Source of the DNA: Planctomycetota bacterium
GTDB lineage: Bacteria; Planctomycetota; PLA2; JAEUHO01
Direction of reading: 5' to 3'
Assembly: GCA_050248855.1 (NCBI GenBank)
Contig: JBFWRP010000034.1
Span: forward strand, 1 to 46,362
Length of the DNA stretch: 46,362 nucleotides
The position numbers and the translations under genes were made by a program. Below are positions 1 through 8,172 of this stretch, in pieces (within the stretch, counting starts at the first letter, position 1; every line of letters begins with the position of its first letter). The notes beneath the pieces are model-generated. The model ran no database searches. It saw only the letters and a list, made by a program, of their open reading frames with translations, and was not told the origin of the DNA.

Positions 1-98
1 TCTCCAGGGGTCGCGTGGCGGCCGGCGACCGCAGGCCCCATGCTAGGCCAATCGGGCGGGCGCGGCGCCTGCTGGAGCCTGGCCCGCGCCCCGTCACG

Positions 99-179
99 TA
101 CGGTGCCAGAGCAATTCCTATCACCCCAGGCCGCACCTCGGGTGCGGCCTTGGGTGATAGGAATTGCTCTGGCACCGTA
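99..179. repeat. 39-bp near-perfect inverted repeat (REP/MITE-like palindrome)
   Basis: Left arm 99-137 TACGGTGCCAGAGCAATTCCTATCACCCCAGGCCGCACC, 3-nt loop TCG, right arm 141-179 is its reverse complement with one mismatch. Confidence 0.9.
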
Positions 180-185
180 GGGGTG

Positions 186-545
186 GTGACCCGCTACACA
201 CCTGCCTGCCGCCTCCGCCGCGCCGCCGACTTCCGCGCGCTGCAGACGGCAGGCGACGTCTTCCCCGGGCGCGAGGCGGTCGTCCGACGGCGGGCCAACG
301 GCCTCGATCACCCGCGCCTTGGCATTGCCGCACCGGTGCGCTACGGCAAGGCCGTCCGACGCAATCGCTTCCGCCGGCTGGTGCGCGAAGCGTTCCGCTC
401 GCTGATCGACGAGCTGGGCGCCTTCGACTACCTCGTCGTGCCCAAGCGGTCGCTGGAGGAGCCGACGCTGGAAGGGCTCGTCCACGATCTCGCACGCACG
501 CGGACGGCGCGACCCGCTCCCCCACGGGAGCGGACGCGGCGATGA
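186..545 (+). CDS. rnpA: ribonuclease P protein component
   Basis: RLRRAADF N-terminus, PRLGI..., RNR motif [22 protein letters not shown] start at 183 or 186 gives about 119 aa; ATGA overlap with yidD. Confidence 0.93.
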   Translation: MTRYTPACRLRRAADFRALQTAGDVFPGREAVVRRRANGLDHPRLGIAAPVRYGKAVRRNRFRRLVREAFRSLIDELGAFDYLVVPKRSLEEPTLEGLVHDLARTRTARPAPPRERTRR

Positions 546-778
546 TCCGTGCGCTGTTGATCGGGCTCGTGCGCTTCTACCAGGCGGTCGTTGCGCCCCA
601 CATCCCGGCGGTCTGCCGCTACACACCGACGTGCTCGCACTACGCCATCGAGGCGCTGCGCCTGCACGGCGCGTGGCGCGGTGGTCGGCTCGCCCTCTCG
701 CGTCTGCTCTCCTGCCGCCCGGGCGGAGGTGGTGGCGAGGACCCGGTGCCGCCGCGAAACGCGACGGGCAGCGGCTAG
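542..778 (+). CDS. yidD: membrane protein insertion efficiency factor YidD
   Basis: [14 protein letters not shown]...[22 protein letters not shown]...[14 protein letters not shown]; three conserved Cys; follows rnpA. Confidence 0.95.
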   Translation: MIRALLIGLVRFYQAVVAPHIPAVCRYTPTCSHYAIEALRLHGAWRGGRLALSRLLSCRPGGGGGEDPVPPRNATGSG

Positions 779-853
779 GAAACACTCCGTCGCGACGGCG
801 CGGGGGCCGAAGCGACGGGGGCATCCCGGACAGACCCTGGCAGCCTCAAAGGC

Positions 854-3760
854 CTACCGCTGCATGAGGGCGTCGAGGTCGGAGTTGGTCCGCAGGTCGA
901 AAGCGCTGCGGAACCAGTCGAAGTCGCCGAAGAAGCGCTTGGCCATCTCCGCGACGGCCCCGTAGACGGGCTTGGCGTCGGGGCTGCGGGGACGCTCGCC
1001 GTAGGCCTTGCGACGCAACACGTCGACGTAGCGCGACGGCGAGAAGGCCGCCTTGCCCGCGTGCTCGAGCGCCGTGACGCGCACGAGCAAGGCGGTGCCG
1101 CTGTCTTCGTCGCGCAAGATCGTGCGCCCGAGGCTGCCGACGGCCGCCTCGTCCTCTGCGCCACCGGGCGTGCGACCGACCGTGGCGTAGCCCAAGCGCA
1201 GCGCGGTGTTGATGCGGCCCAGGCGCGCCTTCTCCTCGTCGCTCGCATCCTCGGGCACGGGCTCCTGCGTGGCCGCCGCATGCCCCAGGAACCAGCCGGT
1301 CTGGTCGCGATGCACGGTCGCCCCGCCGAGGCCCTCCTGCCACTTGGTCACGGCGCGATCGAACGCGCCCTCGGCCTGGGCGTCGGCCTCGGCGCCGTAC
1401 GCCTCCTTGAGCTCCTCGAGGCGCTCGGCCGCGTAGTCCATCCGGCTCTTCTCCAGGTGCCGGGCGAAGACCTGCTCGCGCACGTCCTCGAGCGGCGGGA
1501 CGGTCGACGCCTCGTACTGGATGCCGTGCACGATGGCCTTGGTCGTACGCAGGCCGATCTGGGTGGGAATGGACGCGTAGCGGTCTTCGCCCTTGAGGCG
1601 GTTCAGCTCGATACGCACCTCGGGCGTACCGAAGTCGGGGTTGGACTCCCACGACTCGTCCGTGACCAGCTCGTTGGTGACGTGGTGGACGAACGCCTTG
1701 GCCCCCTCCGCCCGGTCCTCGTCCGACGGCGCCAAGTCGGCCAAGTACTTCGCGTACAGGTCCCCGAAGGTCTCGACCTCGGGACGCTGCGGCACGTCCG
1801 TGCCCTCGGGCGCGTTGCGGAACTTCTTCTCCCACGAGGCGACGGCGTCGGAGCTCTTGCGCGCACGCTCGAGCAGATGCGCCATCACGCGTTCCACGAA
1901 CAAGTCGCGCAAGGCGATGCCGCGCCAACCCTGGTCGCTGTAGATCTTGCGGAGCTCGGCGTCCGGGTCGTCCGGCTTGATCTCCTCGGGGGGCGCGTCG
2001 GCCGCACCGAGTCGGACCGGGAAGGCGTCGGGGCCGGGGACTTGGTTGCGCGGCGCGTCCGGCGCGACCTCTTGCATGCGGGCGGCGCCATAGCCCCTCA
2101 CCGGGTCGGCGGGGTCCTCGGCCATGAACAACGTGTCGCGGTTGGTGCGCCAGTACGTCCAGACGTCACCCTCGGACTGCGGCTGCAGATCGGGGAACCG
2201 CTCCCAGAGCGCCTTCAAGGTGTCGTCCGACAGCAAGGGCAGGTGCACGTAGACCAGCTCGAAGCGGCGCCTCTCCGGCACGCGAACCTCGCGGCGCAGC
2301 ACGGGGTCCTGGTACGCATCCTGCATCTCCATGCGGTTGCCGGAGGTCACGTCGTCGTCCGTGCCGGCTTCGCCGTCGGGACCGCGGCTGGTCACGCGCC
2401 ACGACCACAGCTGCCCGTCGGAGAGCGACACGTCCAGGTCGTGGCCCCAGGTGTCCTTGGCATCCTCGCCCACGTAGGCCACGAGTGCGCCCTGCGGAGC
2501 CACGGCGAACCCCTCGGCCGGGACCTCGACGCCGAGGTCGTCCGGCGTGCCGGCGGCGCCATCGGGACCGGCGCTCGTCAGGCGCGCGGGCTTCTCGCCG
2601 TCGGGCGCGACGTAGGTCAGGCGGCTGCCCCACGGGTCGTCCAGCTCGCTCTCCTTGGCGAGCGGCGCCAAGCGATCCGGCTTGGGCTTGACCAGGAGCT
2701 CCGCGAGGTCCGCAGGCCATGCCTCGGCTGCGTTGTGCCACGCCACCAGGGCCTCTCCGACCTGCTGGAGGGCGGCGAGAGCCGACAGCTGATCGACGGT
2801 GGCCAGCGTCACGTCGTCGTCCGTGTCCATCTCGCCATCCGGGCCGGCGCTACGAAGATCCGGCTCGTCGCCGGTCAGCGTGTAGCGAACCAGGTTGTCC
2901 CACGTGTCGCGCGTGTCCTTGAGTCCCGGGTTGCCTTCGGCCAGCGCCTCCATGTCGGCGGGCCACGATCCGCTCGCGGCGTGACGGCGCTCCGCCTCAC
3001 GCTGGAGCAATCGCAGGGTCCGCGCCGTGCGGCTCACCAGCTCGAGGCGCTCGGAGGCATCGGCGATGGCGCTGCGCGTGCGCTCGATGGCTTCGACCTT
3101 CTCGGCGAACGGGCCCGCCGGCAGACCGATCACCTCGAGATCGAGCTTGACGTGCTCCTTGCGCCACTCCTCGAAAAGATCCTCGTACGTGGCGGCGTAG
3201 GCCGTCGTCAGGACGAGGGGGGCGAGGTAGGCGTCGCGCATGAGCATGCGCTCCAGCTCGGCCTCGAACTCCGCCTGGGTTCCCCCGCGGTACTCGTCGA
3301 CGAGGAACTGCTGGTACGCCGCGTTGGTGAACTCGCCGCCTCCTGCCGCGCCGCCCGAGCGCGCACCGATCAGATCGTGCAGGGCGCGCGTGAGCTGCAC
3401 CGGCCCGACGCGGTACCCCGCGGCCTCGGCGGCCTCGCCCACCGCAAGGGCCATCCACGCCTGCTTGAAGGGGTTCTTCTGGTCGACCGCAGCGAGGAAC
3501 GGGTACAGCTCGAGGGTGGGCGTCCGCACGGCGGCCAGGAAGCTGCGCTGCCGGTCGTAGCGCTCGACGAACTCGGCGTCGCCGATCTCGACCTGCTGGC
3601 CTGCCTTCGGCTCGAAGGTCCCACCCGCCTCGATGCGGCGGCCCCCCGTCGTGTCGTGGCAGAAGCCAAGCGCGCCGGTGATCGAGAAGGAGGCGAGCAG
3701 GAGGACCACGAGGCCGATCAGGAAGTGCCGCTCGTACTTCTTCAGGTTCTTGCTGGCCAT
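854..3760 (-). CDS. membrane-anchored PpiD/SurA-N-like protein with three internal GspG C-terminal-like motifs (968 aa)
   Basis: Basic N-terminus plus TM (MASKNLKKYERHFLIGLVVLLLASFSITG); SurA-N-like helical stretch (YQQFL..TQAEFEAELERMLMRDAYL); PpiD-like PPLEDVREQV; three D(P/T)W...S(A/R)GPDG...T.DD motifs. Confidence 0.6.
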   Translation of the reverse strand: MASKNLKKYERHFLIGLVVLLLASFSITGALGFCHDTTGGRRIEAGGTFEPKAGQQVEIGDAEFVERYDRQRSFLAAVRTPTLELYPFLAAVDQKNPFKQAWMALAVGEAAEAAGYRVGPVQLTRALHDLIGARSGGAAGGGEFTNAAYQQFLVDEYRGGTQAEFEAELERMLMRDAYLAPLVLTTAYAATYEDLFEEWRKEHVKLDLEVIGLPAGPFAEKVEAIERTRSAIADASERLELVSRTARTLRLLQREAERRHAASGSWPADMEALAEGNPGLKDTRDTWDNLVRYTLTGDEPDLRSAGPDGEMDTDDDVTLATVDQLSALAALQQVGEALVAWHNAAEAWPADLAELLVKPKPDRLAPLAKESELDDPWGSRLTYVAPDGEKPARLTSAGPDGAAGTPDDLGVEVPAEGFAVAPQGALVAYVGEDAKDTWGHDLDVSLSDGQLWSWRVTSRGPDGEAGTDDDVTSGNRMEMQDAYQDPVLRREVRVPERRRFELVYVHLPLLSDDTLKALWERFPDLQPQSEGDVWTYWRTNRDTLFMAEDPADPVRGYGAARMQEVAPDAPRNQVPGPDAFPVRLGAADAPPEEIKPDDPDAELRKIYSDQGWRGIALRDLFVERVMAHLLERARKSSDAVASWEKKFRNAPEGTDVPQRPEVETFGDLYAKYLADLAPSDEDRAEGAKAFVHHVTNELVTDESWESNPDFGTPEVRIELNRLKGEDRYASIPTQIGLRTTKAIVHGIQYEASTVPPLEDVREQVFARHLEKSRMDYAAERLEELKEAYGAEADAQAEGAFDRAVTKWQEGLGGATVHRDQTGWFLGHAAATQEPVPEDASDEEKARLGRINTALRLGYATVGRTPGGAEDEAAVGSLGRTILRDEDSGTALLVRVTALEHAGKAAFSPSRYVDVLRRKAYGERPRSPDAKPVYGAVAEMAKRFFGDFDWFRSAFDLRTNSDLDALMQR

Positions 3761-3906
3761 GGAGGATCGATTCCGGGTCGAGGGGTGCGCCGCGGTCGGG
3801 CCCGGGCGGTGCGGGGGCAAACGTCGCAGGATACGGCCTGCGTCCCGCCGCTTCGAACCCTGCTACGGGCCCTGCCCCGCCGCCGGGGCAGCGGACCGCC
3901 TCCGCC

Positions 3907-4551
3907 TCAGAGCCGCTTCAGGTCGGCGGGCGAGGGCAGGTCCTCGATGCCCTTGAGGCCGTAGACGGTCAGGAAGCGCTCGGTCGTGCCGTAGAGCAGG
4001 GGCCGTCCGGGTTGGTCGCTCCGGCCCACGACCTTGAGCAGACCCCGCTCGAGCAGGGCCCTGAGGGCCTCTCCGGCCTGCACCCCACGGATGCGCTCGA
4101 TCTCCGCGCGGCCGACGGGCTGCTTGTAGGCCACGATCCCGAGGGTCTCGACGAGGGACTTGGACAGACGCGCGTCGCTCGCACCGCGCTTCTCGAGCCG
4201 CTCGACCCAGCTGGCGAACCGGGGTCGCGTGACCACACGGACGCCGCCCGCGACCTCGTCCAGCTGCACCGCAAGGCCCAAGGCCTCCCAGCGTTCCCGC
4301 ACGCGGGCCAGCCCCTCCCGGACCGGCTGGACGCTCGGCAGCCCCAGGACGTCCCGCAGCTTCTCGGCCCGGACGACGCCTCCGGCGGCGAACAACAAGG
4401 CCTCGAGCGCCCCGTCGAGATCCTCGGGGGCGGGCGGCTCGACCGCCTCGACCGCGGGGGCTCGGGCCTTGCGCTGGCGGGTCGCGGGCGCGGGATCGTC
4501 GCCCTCGATCTCGTCGGGCGTGACCTGCGGAACGGGCGCCTCATCGCTCAT
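3907..4551 (-). CDS. scpB: SMC-Scp complex subunit ScpB
   Basis: LEALLFAA, LSKSLVETLGIVAYKQPVGRAEIERIRGV, PGRPLLYGTTERFL..YGL..IEDLP signature motifs. Confidence 0.95.
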   Translation of the reverse strand: MSDEAPVPQVTPDEIEGDDPAPATRQRKARAPAVEAVEPPAPEDLDGALEALLFAAGGVVRAEKLRDVLGLPSVQPVREGLARVRERWEALGLAVQLDEVAGGVRVVTRPRFASWVERLEKRGASDARLSKSLVETLGIVAYKQPVGRAEIERIRGVQAGEALRALLERGLLKVVGRSDQPGRPLLYGTTERFLTVYGLKGIEDLPSPADLKRL

Positions 4552-4583
4552 GGGCGCGAGCCTACGGGCGACCCGCGCGGGCG

Positions 4584-5513
4584 CTACTTCCAGGGTTGGC
4601 CGGCGGGGGTGAAGAGCTTCACGCCGGCCTCGCGGGCGGCGCGGGCGCGCCAGCGCTCGTACTCGGCCGGCTCGACGGGACGCTCGACGAGGTCCCGCTC
4701 CAAGCGCGGACCCCGCGAGGCTGCGTCGCCCGACCAAGGTGCTTGGCGCTCCACGACCTTGTACAGGTGCCAAGCGGGCTTCCCGTCCACCTCGACGCGC
4801 AGGGGGCCCACCAAGCCACCGGGCGCGGCGGCGAAGAGCGCCGCCTCGACGTCGGGCCAAGCGAGGTCCCCGCGACCGAAGGAGGGCAGCTCCCCGCCCC
4901 GGCGCGCAGTGGGGTCCAGGCTGTGCTTGGAGGCCAGGGCACCGAAGTCGGCACCCCGCGCAGCGTCCGCGGCCAAGGCACGGGCGCTGGGCTCGTCAGG
5001 GCGGACCAGGACGCGGACCGCCAAGCGCAGCCGGCTGCGCGTGTCGTGGCGCACCACGCGCTCGACGAGCAGGCGGTCGTAGAGGCGCGGCCTCAAGATG
5101 CGCGCGCGCCAGGTGGGCACGTCCACGCCGTAGGCGCCCTCTATGCGTTCCTCCAGCGTGGCGCCCTCCCCCAGCAAGGCGGCGACCTGCTCGCGACGCG
5201 CCTCGACCTCCTTCTCCTCGGCGGCGTCCAGGGCCTCCTGGGGAACGCCCAGCCCGCTCGCCGCGGCGGCCGTCCGCGCCAAGCGCGCGTCGACGAGGTC
5301 GTCGAGCGTGCGGGCGTACTCCTCCGGGTAGCGGGCAAACCAGTACGCCGCGAGGTCCGCCGTGGTGACGGCCTGGCCGCCGACGATCGCCACGGTCGGC
5401 ACGCCCGCTCGCTCCTCCGCGCGGGGGCCCATGCGCCACGCGGAGGCGGCCACGACGACCACGATGGCAACGACGAGCCGCGGCCCGCCTCGGGCGGGGG
5501 GCGTGGCGTGCAC
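4584..5513 (-). CDS. parvulin (PpiC-type) peptidyl-prolyl isomerase, PrsA/SurA-like
   Basis: N-terminal hydrophobic segment, VAIVGGQAVT, rotamase motif GADFGALASKHSLDPTARRGGELPSF...EAALF....G.LVGP; start uncertain (GTG 5513 just after upstream stop). Confidence 0.8.
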   Translation of the reverse strand: MHATPPARGGPRLVVAIVVVVAASAWRMGPRAEERAGVPTVAIVGGQAVTTADLAAYWFARYPEEYARTLDDLVDARLARTAAAASGLGVPQEALDAAEEKEVEARREQVAALLGEGATLEERIEGAYGVDVPTWRARILRPRLYDRLLVERVVRHDTRSRLRLAVRVLVRPDEPSARALAADAARGADFGALASKHSLDPTARRGGELPSFGRGDLAWPDVEAALFAAAPGGLVGPLRVEVDGKPAWHLYKVVERQAPWSGDAASRGPRLERDLVERPVEPAEYERWRARAAREAGVKLFTPAGQPWK

Positions 5514-5515
5514 CG

Positions 5516-6163
5516 TCAGCCGCTGCGCTGAAGCCACTTCGTCCAAGCGCGCTTGGCTTTGTTCCACGTGGACTTGTCGTCCACGCTGTAGCCCATGATG
5601 TCCTCGTCGCCGCCGCCGTTCTTGTAGAACTCCGTGAGCAACATGTGCGCCAGCTTGCGGGTGACCTGGTCGTCATCGGAGAGCAGACCGACGACCTCGT
5701 TCTTGAAGAAGTAGCCGCGGTTGGTCATCGAGCCGCGCTTCTTGTCTTGGCTGAGGTCGACATCACCCTGCGTCCGCGCGCCGGCCACGAGGGCCTTCAC
5801 GCACGACTCGCGCACGCCGTAGGGCACGTCAGGGTTCGCGAGGATCTCGATCAACGTCTCGGCGGTGACGTCGCGGCCGCGCGACTTCTGCATCTCGTCG
5901 TGCCCGTAGCTCAGGTACTGCTGGACCTTGAGCTCGCTCGGATGGCGCTGGGCCTCTTCGCAGATGGCCTGGACGCGCGCCATGGTCGCGCTGATCCGAT
6001 CGCGCAGGTCGTCGATGCCCCGGGGCTGCGTAGCGGGAGCCGGCGGCAGCTCGACGGCGTCGTCCGGGGCCGCGCCCCCATGGCGGACCGACTGCGCCCA
6101 GGTGCCCGCCACCGCCAGCAGCAGGACGGGCAGCACGACGCGAATCACCCGAGTGCGAGTCAT
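5516..6163 (-). CDS. secreted hypothetical protein, helical/HEAT-like (215 aa)
   Basis: Signal peptide MTRTRVIRVVLPVLLLAVAGTWA; HEAT-like segments LIEILANPDVPYGVRESCVKAL and VVGLLSDDDQVTRKLAHMLL; lies in operon. Confidence 0.65.
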   Translation of the reverse strand: MTRTRVIRVVLPVLLLAVAGTWAQSVRHGGAAPDDAVELPPAPATQPRGIDDLRDRISATMARVQAICEEAQRHPSELKVQQYLSYGHDEMQKSRGRDVTAETLIEILANPDVPYGVRESCVKALVAGARTQGDVDLSQDKKRGSMTNRGYFFKNEVVGLLSDDDQVTRKLAHMLLTEFYKNGGGDEDIMGYSVDDKSTWNKAKRAWTKWLQRSG

Positions 6164-6195
6164 GGCACGCTCTCCTTGACGCCTGGTCCGGGCGC

Positions 6196-7698
6196 TCAAC
6201 GGAACTTGAGGCGGATGTCGTGCTGCGCCCCACCGCAGCGGGTGCAGAGGTACTGCCAGAGCTGGCCGCTCTGGGTGGTCTTGCTGATGAGACCCGTGCC
6301 CGCACAGGTCGGACACACCGTCCTCCCGTGGTTCTCGTTGACCTCGAACAGCCCGCTGTCCATGGCGAACTTGGCCAGGACCCAGTCCTCGCGCTCGCCC
6401 GGGTCGGCCTTGGCCCACCACTGGTCGCGGGTGGGTGGCTTGGGCGTCTCGACCTTGGGACCGGCTCCGCCGCGGTTGTTGTTGCCGCGGTTGCTGTTGC
6501 CGCCACGGTTCTGGTTCTTGGGCGGGGTGACCACGGGCTTGAAGACGATGAAGGTGCCTCCGCCGAAGGAGGCGCTCCACCACGTCAGCTTGCGGCGGTC
6601 GTTCCACGCCTCCTCGGCGGTCTGGGCCGTCACCTCCGGGTCGTTCTTGAGCATGCGGTCGCGCAGCGCCTCGAACGCCGCGGCGGGCAGGTCGCGCTTC
6701 ATCCAGCCGCTCACGTCGGCCAGGTCGACGTCCTTTTCGCGGACCTTCTTCTTGATGAGCGCCTTGAGCTCCTTGACGAAGTAGGCCCGGGCCGTGTCGC
6801 GCAGCCAGTCCGTCCGCTTCTCGTCGAACAGCCCCTTGGTGTCGGCGAAGCGCTTCTGGATGGCCTCGCTGGCCTCCTTGTTGTTCTCCTCGAACGCGGT
6901 CAGCTTCTCGCGGGCGCCGCCGAAGCTCTTCAGCGAGATCGACATGCGGATCGAGCGCAGCTCCTCGAGGGCGGCCTGGTCACGCAGCAGGGCCTCGACC
7001 TCGGCGAGTCGCTGGCGTGCAATGGGGCCCTGCAGGAAGGTCTCGTCGCTCGCGGCCTGCTCGTAGTGGGTGCGGGCGATCTCCAGCGCACCTGCCCAGA
7101 AGGCGACCTCGGCGAGACGGAAGTGCTCGCGGCTGCCCAACGAGGCGAGGTCCACGCCCTCCTCGGACATCTTCGTCTTCTCGCGCTCGACGAGGTCCTC
7201 GGGCGACCAGATATCCCGCGGGTCCATGTCCTCGTCGAGGATCTCGTCGACTTGGCTTGCGGGGATCTTCAGCACGCGCCCGCCGACCCGGATCGAGACG
7301 CCGGCGGCGTCCTTCTCTTCCACGAGGCCCAGCACGTCCTCGATGCTGCCGTCGGCCAGACGCTGGCGGACGCGGTGGCCCTTCACGATGCTCGCGGTGT
7401 TGGAGGCCCAGCCCCACTTCTCCCACAGGCGGTCCCGGTCCGCCTTGGCCAGGACATCCCAGGCGATCCGCCGCAGCGCGCCGGTCACGAAGTCCTCGAT
7501 GACCAACACCTTCTCGTTGCTGCGCTGCTGGATCGGCTCGCCCTTGATGGCATTGCCGGTTCGCAGCCGGACCACGTCGGCGCCACCGGGCCGAGGCAGG
7601 AGCAAGAGGCCGCCCGTGAACACGAGCGCCGCAGCGGCCCCTGCGAGCAGGCGCGTGCGCTTGCGAGGCGTCAGGCTCGAAGACATGGGTGTCGTCAT
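6196..7698 (-). CDS. secreted hypothetical protein with TPR-like helices and C-terminal CxxCxGxG...CxxCGG finger
   Basis: Signal peptide then DVVRLRTGNAIKG; CPTCAGTG and CTRCGG at the C-terminus; N/R/G-rich linker. Confidence 0.75.
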   Translation of the reverse strand: MTTPMSSSLTPRKRTRLLAGAAAALVFTGGLLLLPRPGGADVVRLRTGNAIKGEPIQQRSNEKVLVIEDFVTGALRRIAWDVLAKADRDRLWEKWGWASNTASIVKGHRVRQRLADGSIEDVLGLVEEKDAAGVSIRVGGRVLKIPASQVDEILDEDMDPRDIWSPEDLVEREKTKMSEEGVDLASLGSREHFRLAEVAFWAGALEIARTHYEQAASDETFLQGPIARQRLAEVEALLRDQAALEELRSIRMSISLKSFGGAREKLTAFEENNKEASEAIQKRFADTKGLFDEKRTDWLRDTARAYFVKELKALIKKKVREKDVDLADVSGWMKRDLPAAAFEALRDRMLKNDPEVTAQTAEEAWNDRRKLTWWSASFGGGTFIVFKPVVTPPKNQNRGGNSNRGNNNRGGAGPKVETPKPPTRDQWWAKADPGEREDWVLAKFAMDSGLFEVNENHGRTVCPTCAGTGLISKTTQSGQLWQYLCTRCGGAQHDIRLKFR

Positions 7699-7719
7699 GG
7701 CGGGCTCCGCTCTCCCGGG

Positions 7720-8172
7720 TCAACGACCGGGATCGAATAGGCTCCGTTGCACGGGGTGAGGGCCCAGCGCGCGCACGCGCTGGCCCCGGTAGACGAGGAA
7801 GGGAAAGGCGATGGGCGTCTGGGACGGCCCCTCATCGACCGTCCACTCCACGTCCAAGGTGTAGCCGGGCACCGAGAGCCCGACGCCCACCAGCGGCTGC
7901 GGCGGGTTGCCGGGCTTGGCGCCGTCCACGGCCGCCTGCAGGATCGCATCGATCTCGGGTCGTACTTGGGCTTGGCGGGCCTCGACGCGCCGGCGGGTCT
8001 GCGCTTCGACGCCCAACGTGAACAACGCGAGGATGCTGACGCTGCCCACGACCAGGATCCCGAGCGCCATCAGGACTTCGATGAAGGTGAAGCCGCTCGC
8101 CCGGCGAGCCCGGGATACCGGGCCTTCGGGGGACCGGCGGCCGCGGTCGGCGAGCTGGGCGGCGACGGTCAT
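7720..8172 (-). CDS. prepilin-type minor pilin (GspI/PilV-like)
   Basis: Class III signal ARRASG|FTFIEVLMALGILVVG; ATGA overlap with upstream gene. Confidence 0.85.
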   Translation of the reverse strand: MTVAAQLADRGRRSPEGPVSRARRASGFTFIEVLMALGILVVGSVSILALFTLGVEAQTRRRVEARQAQVRPEIDAILQAAVDGAKPGNPPQPLVGVGLSVPGYTLDVEWTVDEGPSQTPIAFPFLVYRGQRVRALGPHPVQRSLFDPGR

